Shown here piece by piece: positions 11,101 to 19,612 of a DNA stretch of 48,830 nt. The notes under the pieces are model-generated. The model was not told where the DNA came from, ran no database searches, and was given only the letters and a program-made list of their open reading frames with translations. The translations under genes were made by a program, and so were the position numbers. The DNA is from a virus (taxonomy: Duplodnaviria > Caudoviricetes): positions 1-48,830 of IMG/VR virus record IMGVR_UViG_3300038318_000308; one strand, written 5' to 3'. Positions within the stretch are counted from its first letter, which is position 1. Each line of letters opens with the position of its first letter.

Positions 11101-13590
11101 TTGTATACTCGGGCTTAGTGTAAGCAATGGTGTTGTTATAACATTGACATCAGTTGTTAAATTAATACTTCCGGTATTTGATACTGTAACATCTAATGTG
11201 GCATTATCATTATTTGTTTGTAATAAATTAGTTGTTAATGTATATTTATTTGTTTTCTTTTTATAGTAAACATTTAATTTAATATTATATATATTTATTA
11301 TACAGTCTTGTTGTTGGTCTGTATTTGTTACTCCAAATCCGAAGTGAATTCCATTTTCAACTAAATAATCTCTTAAATCAACGCTTTCAATACCATTTGA
11401 TATTGTATCTTCAAATCCATATTTTTGTTCGTTATACCCATAGGTAATTGTTTTTCTTTTTTTATCAAATGAATCGGATTCATTAATTGATTGTATGTGT
11501 GAGACATACGTTCCTTGTTTAAGTTTGTATGTACCTATTCCATAATCTGCTGGCTCGGTAACTCTTATATATGTGTTTGTTTTTTTATCTATTGTTGTTT
11601 TTATATGTCCATCTAGGTTTCCACAAAATCCACAATATCTTGAATTACATTTACTACAATATAAGTGACCATGGGTTAATAAATCATCTTGTTTACATTC
11701 TACAGATTGTAATGAACCATATGTATCACAATGAGGACAATAATTTACCCATGTTTTATAATAATCACGATATTCTGTATATGTGTCATCATAAATACAA
11801 TAATTACAATATCCACTATCTTCTTTATCGCTTGTGGCTTTTCTATCTGGTCTATAAAATCCCATTAATGGTTGATAATTTACATCTGGGTCATATTTTT
11901 CATCAGGTATAAAGTAATCATAACCAATTCTATTATTTGTATATATATTTGTTCGTATATCGTTATATTTATTATCTGAATTATTTGAAGCTTCGGCGTC
12001 TAATAAGAATTCGAAACCAGTAATTAATACATCTTCTGGTAATTCTGATAAATCAAATAGTATGTTTACTAAATAACTTCTAAATGTTTCATCACTAATG
12101 TTTTGATTATAGTATTGATTTAACATTAATGACATTGGTTTACTATCATCATCATCTAATAAGTTTTCAATATCCTCGAAAGGTGTTTGTTTATATATTC
12201 CTGATGTACTATATTGTATTAAATTAGCTGGTTTCGCCGTTATTTTATTTTCTGTTTTTTCATTATTCGGAAGTCTACTTCCGGCATGAATCACTAAATC
12301 TTCAATATATGGGTCAATATCTTGTAAACTAATTATATTAGTTAGTTCTGTATCTTTTAAGAATACGTTATCTATATTATCCATATTCCATACGTATTCA
12401 TTAATTAATCTTCTTTCATACCAATAATCTTGTTCATCAATATATGGGTAATATGGTGGTAAAGTATTATAATAATCGTATTCGTCTATATCTTCTTTAT
12501 ATGTTCTACGTGATAATCCATATAATTGTCCCCATTTATCTAAATTTGTATTCATATGAAATGGATTAGTAATATCTTCAATAGCACTTTCTTGTGGGAA
12601 ACCACATGGAATTGATAAATCTAATCCGTAAAATGAAACAACGAAATAAAATTTTTTAGCATAAAATTGTTTAGTTAATCTATCATAAGTAATCCTTGCA
12701 TCATTAGGGTATTGTTTATGCCAGACATATCTCCAACCCTGAATGTTACTGTTAAATGGTGTATCATAAAATACATATAATTTAACTTCTTGAATTGGTA
12801 AAACAGACAATGTAGCAATTTTAATATTTTGTTCAACAGTAAAAACTGGTCTATTCATCGTAACATTTGTTTCAATATTGATAACATTAATAGCCGATAA
12901 TTTATCTCTGTTATCAGAATGAAGTATATTATCCAATTCTTTTTTAAATACTTCTTCTGTAAGATTTTTAGCACCAAAAATAGTATTAAAAGTTGATTCT
13001 AATCTTTGATATTCATTCCAATAAAGGTCTGCATAATTATCACATGTAATGCTTAATCTTACACATTCATTATGTAATGGAACAATTTCTTTAGCTTCAT
13101 TAGTGTTTAATGTATAATGTTGTGATGTTTCAAAATATTGAATACCTTTGCCGATTTTATTAACATCAACTTCCTCATCATTATAATAATATCTTTGATT
13201 ATCAATATCGATTAATAATGTTCCACTTTTTATAGAAAAAGGTAATGATATACCATTGACATCATTAATCATTATAGTGACATTATCAAGTGCTTTATCA
13301 CAATTAAAAATTAGTTCTATACTTCCTTTTGTTTTATAGAGAGGTGCCGGAAGTATATATTCAAAGGGGATATAATTAAAATTATATGTTTTCTGATATA
13401 TATCCTCTTTTTCTTGAGCATCGAGCCATACTTCGATTGGTTGCTCAAGTTTTGCTGTAAGTAGTGAATACGCGTAATAGTATCCTAATTCGCTGATAAA
13501 ATATCCTATAGCATCAAGAAATTTGTCTTCTTGCCACCATTCGGGAAAATTACGATACCAATTTGGAAAAGTTATAGTGTTAAAATCCAT
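2143..13590 (-). CDS. Giant baseplate-wedge/adhesin-like tail protein (~3815 aa): Ig-like repeats and beta-helix modules
   Basis: GAGGT RBS favours the start MDFNT at 13590 (ORF track starts at 13605). N-terminal LDKWGQLYGLSRR resembles baseplate I/XkdU-type wedge proteins; many Big_3-like repeats; three G..P...I/L..AL/I modules, NNWWG/YNWWG and several GGAI motifs typical of Methanobacteriales adhesin-like proteins; lies directly after the baseplate genes. Confidence 0.75.
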   Translation of the reverse strand: MDFNTITFPNWYRNFPEWWQEDKFLDAIGYFISELGYYYAYSLLTAKLEQPIEVWLDAQEKEDIYQKTYNFNYIPFEYILPAPLYKTKGSIELIFNCDKALDNVTIMINDVNGISLPFSIKSGTLLIDIDNQRYYYNDEEVDVNKIGKGIQYFETSQHYTLNTNEAKEIVPLHNECVRLSITCDNYADLYWNEYQRLESTFNTIFGAKNLTEEVFKKELDNILHSDNRDKLSAINVINIETNVTMNRPVFTVEQNIKIATLSVLPIQEVKLYVFYDTPFNSNIQGWRYVWHKQYPNDARITYDRLTKQFYAKKFYFVVSFYGLDLSIPCGFPQESAIEDITNPFHMNTNLDKWGQLYGLSRRTYKEDIDEYDYYNTLPPYYPYIDEQDYWYERRLINEYVWNMDNIDNVFLKDTELTNIISLQDIDPYIEDLVIHAGSRLPNNEKTENKITAKPANLIQYSTSGIYKQTPFEDIENLLDDDDSKPMSLMLNQYYNQNISDETFRSYLVNILFDLSELPEDVLITGFEFLLDAEASNNSDNKYNDIRTNIYTNNRIGYDYFIPDEKYDPDVNYQPLMGFYRPDRKATSDKEDSGYCNYCIYDDTYTEYRDYYKTWVNYCPHCDTYGSLQSVECKQDDLLTHGHLYCSKCNSRYCGFCGNLDGHIKTTIDKKTNTYIRVTEPADYGIGTYKLKQGTYVSHIQSINESDSFDKKRKTITYGYNEQKYGFEDTISNGIESVDLRDYLVENGIHFGFGVTNTDQQQDCIINIYNIKLNVYYKKKTNKYTLTTNLLQTNNDNATLDVTVSNTGSINLTTDVNVITTPLLTLSPSIQKPYKYTFSTDNLKPNDAISKSITVARGTSTIPDGSYDIFVNCGDKEKHEYLKLDSSGRIETQSYIKSAYSYFNNDNVKVTDLKIYVTAEDNIAINDGVVKVYIDDYLVKQNGLYEFNVKDSKVELTNIPIPENLAGLYQIKVKYLGTSKYATSNYVNTILISKEDTVTTISDISPVKQGAEFTLTAKVLTEKNQNVTEGQMYFYIVQDGKEEEIGHTNVDSTTSIAKLITSLPYATIGEYKIIARYRGTVAFGASQDETTLNIVGGDVNLFAFDYDVITGDIVHIAAKLLDMINRPVVSGTVDFYLDDVLIPGGNDVQINENGIASFIYNVSDSLIPDGTTPPITYTLKVVYKPDIDNTYNPITQTSTFRVDLLYTSVVTNDINATQGQTLGFICQVLTSNQVPAKQGTVDIYIDDLGTEPIASAEVDKYGYAKILYNTLSLTYEEWLELSKYAFKQDIQYATEEGAGLPALMVDDLYAIYDASSNEELTSLMMNKRSFSIEDGNLYVTLPSGDNTEVFILENGNLYIKKDKITESELLNNQYTYTAKYHSKLKYKSSEKTGTIIMNPKTDYLMSLLKYNQEYGNTVDIETTIEGNNEGVVKFFIDNDKIGETAIQSREINTDKTDPTKFETEYYATVSNYLINRPPSRYIIRAEHWINDEINCIVYNVLIISKIIPTLHLDINRVFAGVDSNLSSWITFDNGLNILQPTGEVSISLDGEEHFYHDITKLNDKIIDVIKMPDNFKNNHAITATYTGDDYVEPATAELKLIPTQLPTTIKFDSQKIARGNTCTLTVSVSANDDDVINEGYINLRSDLFGSLDPESTIDDKNINVKNGTATFVFDINKQQELKTYQLQVRYLGGLNYADSAMTLKQLIVIDEMDEVYIANQDINDNSHNVIGNDVEGAGTKESPFATINQALQCIKNNGTINILKGVYEVQDIVFKKDITIIGENDAILKQKNDKQLNITIMQGHSVIINNMSFDNIYEYDFIINGSTVGKDKGALSFNKCILGHNVNINNINGFLYINQSTVLCTLSGNIGTYVLDNNWWGTNEPNTFVQAHTDNWVTTEISTSLNKQATVGDVFTVNVDFINNKSHDIYPQRAVTMTSEQGEYSLYTGMLINNHFETTYSNALSNTLLYATVDDQVLELSIEDYIKNVEVKMQNIETPIGYETPIYALVVNADNKLIDSGIVEFYLNDKLIRTIEVNDGIAEFSIYLDENYTIDTTYNWVAKYHTIDKKYNAEVNSIMKVIADSDICFVADVEKSGTGSFKYPFNNMRAALSSNASTIYVKSGIYNDNDWLINRDVTIKAYSDDVVFNGGEKILSTQNKVTIDGVQFINYLGTTDLVNNVGTLIFNNTLFYQNQSYTTDADNIKTYKNIIYNEGNLEINNCAIVNNSNKFIDNVGTATAEYNWWGVDAPDFTKLLNNITVKYWICMDFITKIDPVNMGTTPTLIASLNHYTDGKEVYKLSTQFLPSRKGIFAIKTESINKEKGSLTPLIDYTDISNNAKTLYNSNEDANTFFVKLELADNTNYYNDDKITFKCYAHNYYGDPINQGDITFYIDGDELNTRQTLSGVSELTINNINLELGTHKIVAVYKDTTNYIYQSATIEGTFEIKLTPIILKNINITSTIFGLKLQADAEDNLGNSIVSEDIKLYLDDKEIIEYIGANTVKYKINNGKINEHVVYGKTEAGKHQLKITANPKTTYDTLNTIVSFNIALSPTNISYINTDSKILFFPETYSKDLVFNIQDETGINITDGTVDVYQDDKLLTQNPIHTTDGIIEIDNSILDKNNRIRQLTFIYKGDNHYYASSIQKFTINYGIYNVNIDGDAIVCQYGDDININATITNLDGDIVDSGLVSIYKTDINTKIDEPIIEHISCTGHISQKYNIHCPAGNYYIKLVYTNNENEYAQTETNILLSVYPRTVMFNSNNKISTISNVNIEETLDISSTKNITVNNGLVVAYLKNGKEYTKISTVPKNKENVYNDKITIDLNIPKLEIGSYIIKLEYINNNYFGNPEATAVDDNISQEIILTIHANETNITFNNTECYPIENNFQVNIIDSLRRNVMHGIVSFYQDGKKISECEVVDGIGKYILYPAEVRDITLIAKYVDSENVYSGSSATQEIKVNKIPIKSITSEDINVVNGETVKLHYDIESDIGQVEDGQLDIVINDQKVASTYISNNAGTLEFDVPLLAPDTYTMYFRYHDSKIYADTELLVNHNTFIVEKKDIIISMESITASVNETITLNPKFDRKLDGVAYCYILDKFIDVVSLDNQDNFTLTYKLPDDTKSTDNKITIKFSGNKYYNQTSATFDLIINQETSTISLEAISANVGNTITFNSTTTLPDNKRVDFYIENVIVTEGIVKDGKASATYILPYSKTKNTYKIYAKFSGSAIYVPIEANNTLTINPANIKDITFDTLDGYKAGALTINPTVIDENNNIVDEGRVSIGSDSIAINTTYSTILSDNPESNVIVSYNPENTDKFNTYSENDTLNLLLNDFTTSVVNDFTYTIGDYIDSPVTFIHPTTTNKINTAVTYQILNNDEVLFEKELINTDGNYQIQCYIPSNIYPGTYTTRYYIADNGVFNKYGGYGQITINSSDIIYVDNTKETQNYGNQENPMTSLLEAIKHLKNNGVIYLTGIYNEPIIIDRDLTINGNTATLQGNNDEPIITNNNNLTLNNVTLENNTSNTLSAGIINNKTLEVQNCQFNKLISSGTNFGGAIYSNGTIIVNQSKFNGNHGYAGGAIYLARQSLNSQITNCTFNSNISEYNGGAIYSYNADNLNITNNSFIMNVCNNKGGAIYITGNGNILQNLFQKNHTNSASSYGGAIAMVDGTVTTEYNIFESNTYYNDTNINEIYKNTGINDLAYNYFGNKYSKNDIMTHLNGEFNMTTWATITSSTNPSPAIINSEIEIDLMFKIEDEKSTYDAQKSFHDYAVNLNATSGTFTPTVSVIKNNHCTTKFISDTPTTIKLGDIDIIEVKE

Positions 13591-13636
13591 TATATAATAC
13601 CTCATTAATAATTATAGAAATTTATAATTTTTGTAT

Positions 13637-13644
13637 TATATAAA
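13637..13644 (-). promoter_or_regulatory. Archaeal TATA box for the adhesin/lysis genes
   Basis: Minus strand reads CCAAAAAAAATTAACCC-TTTATATA, about 47 nt upstream of the ATG at 13590, in an intergenic gap. Confidence 0.55.
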
Positions 13645-13665
13645 GGGTTAATTTTTTTGGCGTAT

Positions 13666-14181
13666 TTAAAAACTACCTGACCATGCTAGTCTTTCTTTGC
13701 CTGTAAAATCACCATATATTGAATTTACAGTCATTTCAAGAGCTAAACTACCTTTGTCTCCATATCTTAGTTTAACAAAAGGCACACTTATTATTTCAGG
13801 ATATTGGTGGCACATTTTTTTAATATAAAATGTAAATGTTTGTTCAAAGTTTCCATCAAGTTTTTCTCCCATTAAATCCCAAATTTGGCAACCATAAGTA
13901 TTTTGTCCAATAGATGGTAATACTCCTAATGGTGTTTTAATTTCTCCAATTAATGCTTGCCATAATGCTTCTTCATCTTCTACTAAGCTGATATCATTAT
14001 CACAAGCATCAAAATCAGTTATTTCCCCCCAACCCTCTGGGTGAAGGTCGGTAAGTAAATCTTGAATATCTCCTTTACTCGTTAAATCATCAACACAACA
14101 TTTTCCATAACAATCTATTTCTGAACCTGCTTCATAGACATCAGAAATACCATCTTGTATTCTATCTCTATTACAAATCAT
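13666..14181 (-). CDS. Baseplate wedge/sheath initiator protein (gp25/gpW/XkdS-like)
   Basis: 171 aa; DISLVEDEEALWQALIGEIKTPLG...YGCQIWDLMG pattern typical of the gp25 family; baseplate context. Confidence 0.7.
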   Translation of the reverse strand: MICNRDRIQDGISDVYEAGSEIDCYGKCCVDDLTSKGDIQDLLTDLHPEGWGEITDFDACDNDISLVEDEEALWQALIGEIKTPLGVLPSIGQNTYGCQIWDLMGEKLDGNFEQTFTFYIKKMCHQYPEIISVPFVKLRYGDKGSLALEMTVNSIYGDFTGKERLAWSGSF

Positions 14182-14182
14182 T

Positions 14183-15310
14183 TTAACTACCTGCGTAAGT
14201 TATATCTGTTACTATTTTATTTGTATATATTCTTTCAGCCTTTTCAACAGCAATTTTATTATTTTTACCAATAGTTACTCCCTCATCAAAACTAACATTT
14301 ACAGAATAAATGTCATATGCTGAAGCTAATTGTGTATTTATTTGAGTTAATAATTTATTAACTGATAAATCAGAACCAACAGCTAATGAATATGCAAAAA
14401 TATTCTGTATTGTATTTTGAACAATATTATACATATTTTGTTTTTCGGTTTCTGTATAATCTGTTTGTCCGACAGTTTTTAAATGAACATAGAAGTTTAA
14501 ATATGTTCTTGCTGAACGAACATAATGATACTTAACTCCTGCAATTTTAGCATAATCAATTTGTCTACATAAATCAGCGAATTCATCATCAGAGTCACAA
14601 TCTAATATAATTAATACAGTTCCATATCCTCTACCATATTGTTCTAAGTAATATTGTTGGTTTGATAATCCAATCATGTACAACAAAGAACGTAAATTAG
14701 CTAATGTTCCATCTCTATCATATCTAAATAATCCAGCTCTTTGTTTAGCCGTATTAGTACTTTCTTCATCCATACCACCAAATGCTGGCCCTAAATTAGT
14801 TACAGACATTCTGGAATTCCATACAGAACTACTAAAGTAAACTAATGTTTCAGCCGGTACATTATATTTACTTCCCGGAGTTACTGCATATGCTACAACA
14901 TTTGCTGATTGTTGCCCTTTCCATATATATAAGTCTCCGGCTGTTTTAAAAACTATTTGACTATTACCAGATGATGATACTGCAAAACCAGATGGTATTC
15001 TAATAGATTCATTATATCCAGAGTATCTTGTGAAAGTTAATACTACTCTTGCAGACTTTGCAGATGCTTTTCTAACAAATGGTTTAATCATTGAATCAAT
15101 TAATGCTGGGTCTGTACAAGTTTGTAGCGTAAATTGATTCGCATATCCATTTAATATTCCTATAATATTTCCTATTTCAGTTGCTATTGCTGAAGTTAAT
15201 AATCCTAATCTTCCTTTTGTAAATTGTCTATTTACTAATCCATATTGTATATATAACGCCCATAATTGATTGTCAATTTCTGCGGCGGTTGTTGTTGATG
15301 TAATTGCCAT
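14183..15310 (-). CDS. Baseplate J-like wedge protein
   Basis: 375 aa; A...LTF, IPSGFAV, VFKT, PGSKYNV, VTN...AFGGMDEES and G.GTV motifs of Baseplate_J. Confidence 0.85.
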   Translation of the reverse strand: MAITSTTTAAEIDNQLWALYIQYGLVNRQFTKGRLGLLTSAIATEIGNIIGILNGYANQFTLQTCTDPALIDSMIKPFVRKASAKSARVVLTFTRYSGYNESIRIPSGFAVSSSGNSQIVFKTAGDLYIWKGQQSANVVAYAVTPGSKYNVPAETLVYFSSSVWNSRMSVTNLGPAFGGMDEESTNTAKQRAGLFRYDRDGTLANLRSLLYMIGLSNQQYYLEQYGRGYGTVLIILDCDSDDEFADLCRQIDYAKIAGVKYHYVRSARTYLNFYVHLKTVGQTDYTETEKQNMYNIVQNTIQNIFAYSLAVGSDLSVNKLLTQINTQLASAYDIYSVNVSFDEGVTIGKNNKIAVEKAERIYTNKIVTDITYAGS

Positions 15311-15320
15311 TTCTTATCCC

Positions 15321-16712
15321 TCATGATGTTTTTGTAATAAATAATAATCTTGTATTTTTATCTTTACATGTATCAGCATTCGTATTTACTGACCCACAGA
15401 ATCCACAAAACGTTGTTGAGCATTTACTACATTTAATTTCTTGTTTTTTGTTTTTTATATTTGTTTTTAATACGTCCCATTCTTTACATTTTGGACAATA
15501 ATTTACATATGTCTTTTTCACAGTTTCTCCATTACAGCATTCACAAGTTTTATCTCCATTTGATGTAATTGTATGAGTTAAACTTTTTAATTGTCTTGTT
15601 GTATTACCACATACTTCTTTTAAATAACGACCACATACTCCACAGAATTTTGACTCACAAGCTTCGCATTTTAATACATTACCATCTTGAACCATATGTC
15701 CAAAAGTCTTACACATTGTACAATAATCAATCGCTTCTGTACTAAATGGTTCTTCATAATCTGTTTTACACGAACAAGTACATGATGGCGTTCCGGTAAA
15801 TTCAACTACATTTTTCTTATCAGCTAAATCAGTTATCCAAGTAATACTGGTATTGATAATTCTATCTCCATCATCTCCAGCCGTATATGCTATAATATCT
15901 CCAGTACTTGTAATTTTAATTGCGTCTAAGTTGATTGCTTTATCTGTTAACGCAATAAATGATTTTGATGTTGATGGCCATAAGCTTTCATTATATATAT
16001 GACATAATATTTTACCAGCTTTTGTCAAATAGGCTTGTGTATCGCTTAAGGTCATATTTGCAATATTAGATACTTTTTCAATCATAATTCCATTATTACA
16101 TTTGTTATATATTGTTGGAGTATTTTCATCTTCTAAATAACTTTGAATAGTCGTATTAAGAATATCTTTGATATCTTCCCCATTAACCATTACTTCTCCA
16201 TAGATATTAACTCCATCTTTAGTAACCTCAACTCCATTTTCTCCATCATCTGTCTTGGTTGCTATTTTAGATGAATCACTACTTACTTGAACAGCAGAAT
16301 CTTTATTCGCCATAGTGATAGTATCTGATTTTGTCCAGTTTGATATGCTCGAAAATCCACCACTTATTTCTGTAATTACATATTTACGCTTTACTGGGTT
16401 AACTGATATAACTACGGCCATTTCTGATTTAGGATATAGATATCCTTTTTTCTCAATACCTTCAGGAACTGTATAAAGCTCCGAAGATATAGAGCAATTA
16501 TATTTTTTCTTATCAGTTTTGCCTCTGCAAATCCAACCATTTCCTTGAATTTGAGACATATTAATTCTTTCTACGTATCCATCTACTTCTGTAATAATTT
16601 CTTCGTCATCTTCTAAATCTTGAATCTTAGAACCGGCGCTTTTACTACCTGAAATAACTCCCATACTTTTCTTAAAACTTGCATCTGTTGGTCTAAAAAA
16701 CGGTTTACTCAT
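15321..16712 (-). CDS. Baseplate central spike (gpV/gp45-like) with two C-terminal Cys-rich modules
   Basis: 463 aa; position between hub and J; OB-fold-like N-terminus, beta-rich middle (VEVTKDGVNIYGEVMVNG); two YCxxC...CxxC...FCGxCG modules. Confidence 0.55.
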   Translation of the reverse strand: MSKPFFRPTDASFKKSMGVISGSKSAGSKIQDLEDDEEIITEVDGYVERINMSQIQGNGWICRGKTDKKKYNCSISSELYTVPEGIEKKGYLYPKSEMAVVISVNPVKRKYVITEISGGFSSISNWTKSDTITMANKDSAVQVSSDSSKIATKTDDGENGVEVTKDGVNIYGEVMVNGEDIKDILNTTIQSYLEDENTPTIYNKCNNGIMIEKVSNIANMTLSDTQAYLTKAGKILCHIYNESLWPSTSKSFIALTDKAINLDAIKITSTGDIIAYTAGDDGDRIINTSITWITDLADKKNVVEFTGTPSCTCSCKTDYEEPFSTEAIDYCTMCKTFGHMVQDGNVLKCEACESKFCGVCGRYLKEVCGNTTRQLKSLTHTITSNGDKTCECCNGETVKKTYVNYCPKCKEWDVLKTNIKNKKQEIKCSKCSTTFCGFCGSVNTNADTCKDKNTRLLFITKTS

Positions 16713-16723
16713 CTATATTACCT

Positions 16724-19612
16724 CTAACAATAACTACACCCACTTGGTTGGGTTGGTTCTCCTGCTTCAAAATTACAATTATTTGTATCATTAGAACCTT
16801 TATGTCTATTTTTTCTTGTTCCGTCCATGGTTTTCCATGTTCCATCAATACATACTCCACACATAAAATGATTATTTAAATGAATAATATAACAAGGAAT
16901 ATTTGCTACATCTAAACAACATTTTAATAATCTCGCCATATCTCCACAATTTAAACATTGTGCTGAATATGCTGTTGTACAATCTGAATATTTATTATCT
17001 CCATAACAATCATATGGGTGCGTACTTGTAATGTGCATATATATTTCAGCCGCACTCATATTAGCGGTTGCTTGTGCATAATTAGTTCCAGCAACTCCTA
17101 TTTGACACCAATCATCTGCTGTTGGGTTACCTAAACTTCCATCTGGCTGAACGGCCCAATCATTACATGATAAATCATGACTTGTAGTTGCATGAGTATG
17201 CCCATTTGTACATGGACCATAATCGGTTAAATTACAAGTATTACCCTCACTACCAGAACCACCCGAGCTTCCACCTGAAAATGTAATAGTAGCATTTACT
17301 GGGTCTTCTGGTGTATCTGGACCATATTTAAGTTCAACATCCATTTGCAAAGTATGTTTATTATTCCATTTAATTGTATATCCTTGTACAAAATATTGCT
17401 CTAAATTTTCATTTGTTTTAATCTTACTTTCATCAGTTTTTTTACTATCATTTGTAGATTTATCTGTACTACTAGCTGATGATGTTACGGTTGTTTTTGT
17501 AGTATCATCATCTTCGCTTCTACTAATACTTATAGGATTATCTACTTTAATAAATGAACCTGCTGTAATTCCTGCATGATATAAAGTACTAAATTTTAAA
17601 CCCATACCATAATCTCTTACATGTTGTGCCAATAATGCAATAGCACGAGACCGTACTGTCATTTCTTCATCGGTTTTGTCTTTTTTATCTTCAGTATCTT
17701 CTTCGGTATTAGTCGTACTATCTGTTGTTTGCGTATTTGTAGTTTGGGTATTAGTAGTTTGCGTTTTAGATGTAAGTGTTTCATCTTCAGTACTTGAGCC
17801 ATCAGCCTCTTCTCCACTACCTAATATATCAGCCATTGAATAATGATATGCTTGTTCACCATAAAGATTTACTAAATCATCATATTGTACTTTAATATCT
17901 TCATCAATTATAACAGTGTTATAAAAACCCGTATTTGCCCAACTTTCTTTTATATTATCTTTGGAGATATATCGTTTATCAATTATATTGATATCATCGC
18001 TAAATTTATCTGCATAGTTATAGAAATCTTTATATTGTAATAAATATGCGCAATTATTAGCTATAACAAATACAGAATCTGTTGCTCCACATATTTGTTT
18101 AATTAATCCCCAAAATGTTTTATCCGGTATTTTAATATATGTAGAACCAGCTCCTCCGGTTGTTTGAGTTCCGCTTCCTGCGGTACCTGATGGAATAAGT
18201 GCAATACTGCCATCTGAACAACTTGTTGCACTAGCCTTACAACCACCACAACATATACAGTAATCTGCATCACAAGCACCACAAGTAATTTCTCCTTCCG
18301 CAACACCTTTAGGATTATCTTCTAATTTACCAACAGCAGTACATTGCGGACAATAATTATAAAATGATTGAGTAACAGTTCCAGTACACTTACAACTACT
18401 ACTACAACAACATGAACGAGAGCCAGTAAATGTAATAGTTTCGGTTGTTGGACATTGTCCACCGCTACCGGGATAGTTAGTTCCATTTCCACCAGTTGAG
18501 CTACCAACTGCTCCGGTAGTTGCGGTATTACCAGAACTACTAGTGTTTCCAGTATTGGTATTATTGCTATTTGTATTAGTTGTATTAGTGCTACTGTTGG
18601 CAGTATTTGATGTTCCGGTAGCTCCAGTTGTTCCGGTAGATGATGTATCAGTTGTTGGCGTAGAGCTTGTGGTATTGGTTGATGTTACCTTTGGCTCTAT
18701 TGTAATAGCGTCATAATCAAATACAGCGGTTACAACATCAGAATCTTCATATATTTGGTCACCTTTAATAAGGTTTCGTATTTTTTTTTCAAATTCTTCT
18801 TTGTATTTATCTTGAAGTTTTTTGATTTCCTCTTCACTACTTTCTTCTGTTTGTTGTTGTGTATCGGTATTTGCAGTATTTGTACCATCTACATTAGTTC
18901 CGTTTACATTATTGGTTAATGTAGAACTATTGGTCGTATTAGTATTACTATTAGTATTATTACTATTACTATTATTTGCATTAGTATTTGTGTTATCGGC
19001 TGCTGAAGAATTTATATCTTCGTTTTGTGTTTGTGTATCTATTTCTCCATTAGCTCCAGTTGTTTGATTAGCGACTTGTTCAATAGCTTCTTGATTTTGC
19101 AATAATTTAAATTCATCAGGTGCTTCTGTAATCGTACTACTACCACTTTGAATAGAATATCCATCACCAGCAAATGTATAGTCATATAATGCTTTTATTG
19201 AATAACAAAATTGTAAGCCCCAACCTTCGCATATCGCTTGAAATGTATCAGTTACATGTTGTCCTGCTACTAATCCACTTCTAAATTCTTTAGGAACTTT
19301 ATTTTTAAATTTCCAACCAGCGTTTTGAAGATATATAAACATCGAATATCCCTTAAGTGAGACTTTCTCAACTCGACCAATAAATGAATTATGGTCTGCC
19401 TCATCGAGACTTAAGTTAACAACAACCGGTGATTCGGTTGTGCTCCAATATTTAAGGTTATCTTCGTTATATGGAGTTTTTAGAATCATAGTACCAACTG
19501 GTTCATCATTATCAATATCTAATTCCATAGCATCGAAATATGTATATGTTTGGTTATCATCAAGTGTTTTAACGATTACTTTTTCTTTTAGCATACCAAT
19601 TTGATTTAACAA
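16724..19612 (-). CDS. Baseplate hub protein (full length) with Cys-rich module and C-terminal transglutaminase-like peptidase
   Basis: 962 aa; FIGRVEKV...G.K.K hub-like N-terminus; T/N/S-rich linkers; C-terminal NCGDMARLL...IIHLNNHF...W..MD gives a candidate Cys-His-Asp triad. Confidence 0.65.
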   Translation of the reverse strand: MLNQIGMLKEKVIVKTLDDNQTYTYFDAMELDIDNDEPVGTMILKTPYNEDNLKYWSTTESPVVVNLSLDEADHNSFIGRVEKVSLKGYSMFIYLQNAGWKFKNKVPKEFRSGLVAGQHVTDTFQAICEGWGLQFCYSIKALYDYTFAGDGYSIQSGSSTITEAPDEFKLLQNQEAIEQVANQTTGANGEIDTQTQNEDINSSAADNTNTNANNSNSNNTNSNTNTTNSSTLTNNVNGTNVDGTNTANTDTQQQTEESSEEEIKKLQDKYKEEFEKKIRNLIKGDQIYEDSDVVTAVFDYDAITIEPKVTSTNTTSSTPTTDTSSTGTTGATGTSNTANSSTNTTNTNSNNTNTGNTSSSGNTATTGAVGSSTGGNGTNYPGSGGQCPTTETITFTGSRSCCCSSSCKCTGTVTQSFYNYCPQCTAVGKLEDNPKGVAEGEITCGACDADYCICCGGCKASATSCSDGSIALIPSGTAGSGTQTTGGAGSTYIKIPDKTFWGLIKQICGATDSVFVIANNCAYLLQYKDFYNYADKFSDDINIIDKRYISKDNIKESWANTGFYNTVIIDEDIKVQYDDLVNLYGEQAYHYSMADILGSGEEADGSSTEDETLTSKTQTTNTQTTNTQTTDSTTNTEEDTEDKKDKTDEEMTVRSRAIALLAQHVRDYGMGLKFSTLYHAGITAGSFIKVDNPISISRSEDDDTTKTTVTSSASSTDKSTNDSKKTDESKIKTNENLEQYFVQGYTIKWNNKHTLQMDVELKYGPDTPEDPVNATITFSGGSSGGSGSEGNTCNLTDYGPCTNGHTHATTSHDLSCNDWAVQPDGSLGNPTADDWCQIGVAGTNYAQATANMSAAEIYMHITSTHPYDCYGDNKYSDCTTAYSAQCLNCGDMARLLKCCLDVANIPCYIIHLNNHFMCGVCIDGTWKTMDGTRKNRHKGSNDTNNCNFEAGEPTQPSGCSYC

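Noticed and set aside
824-13590. Diversity-generating retroelement targeting the adhesin
   Set aside because: No reverse transcriptase and no template/variable repeat pair seen in this window; one could still lie outside it
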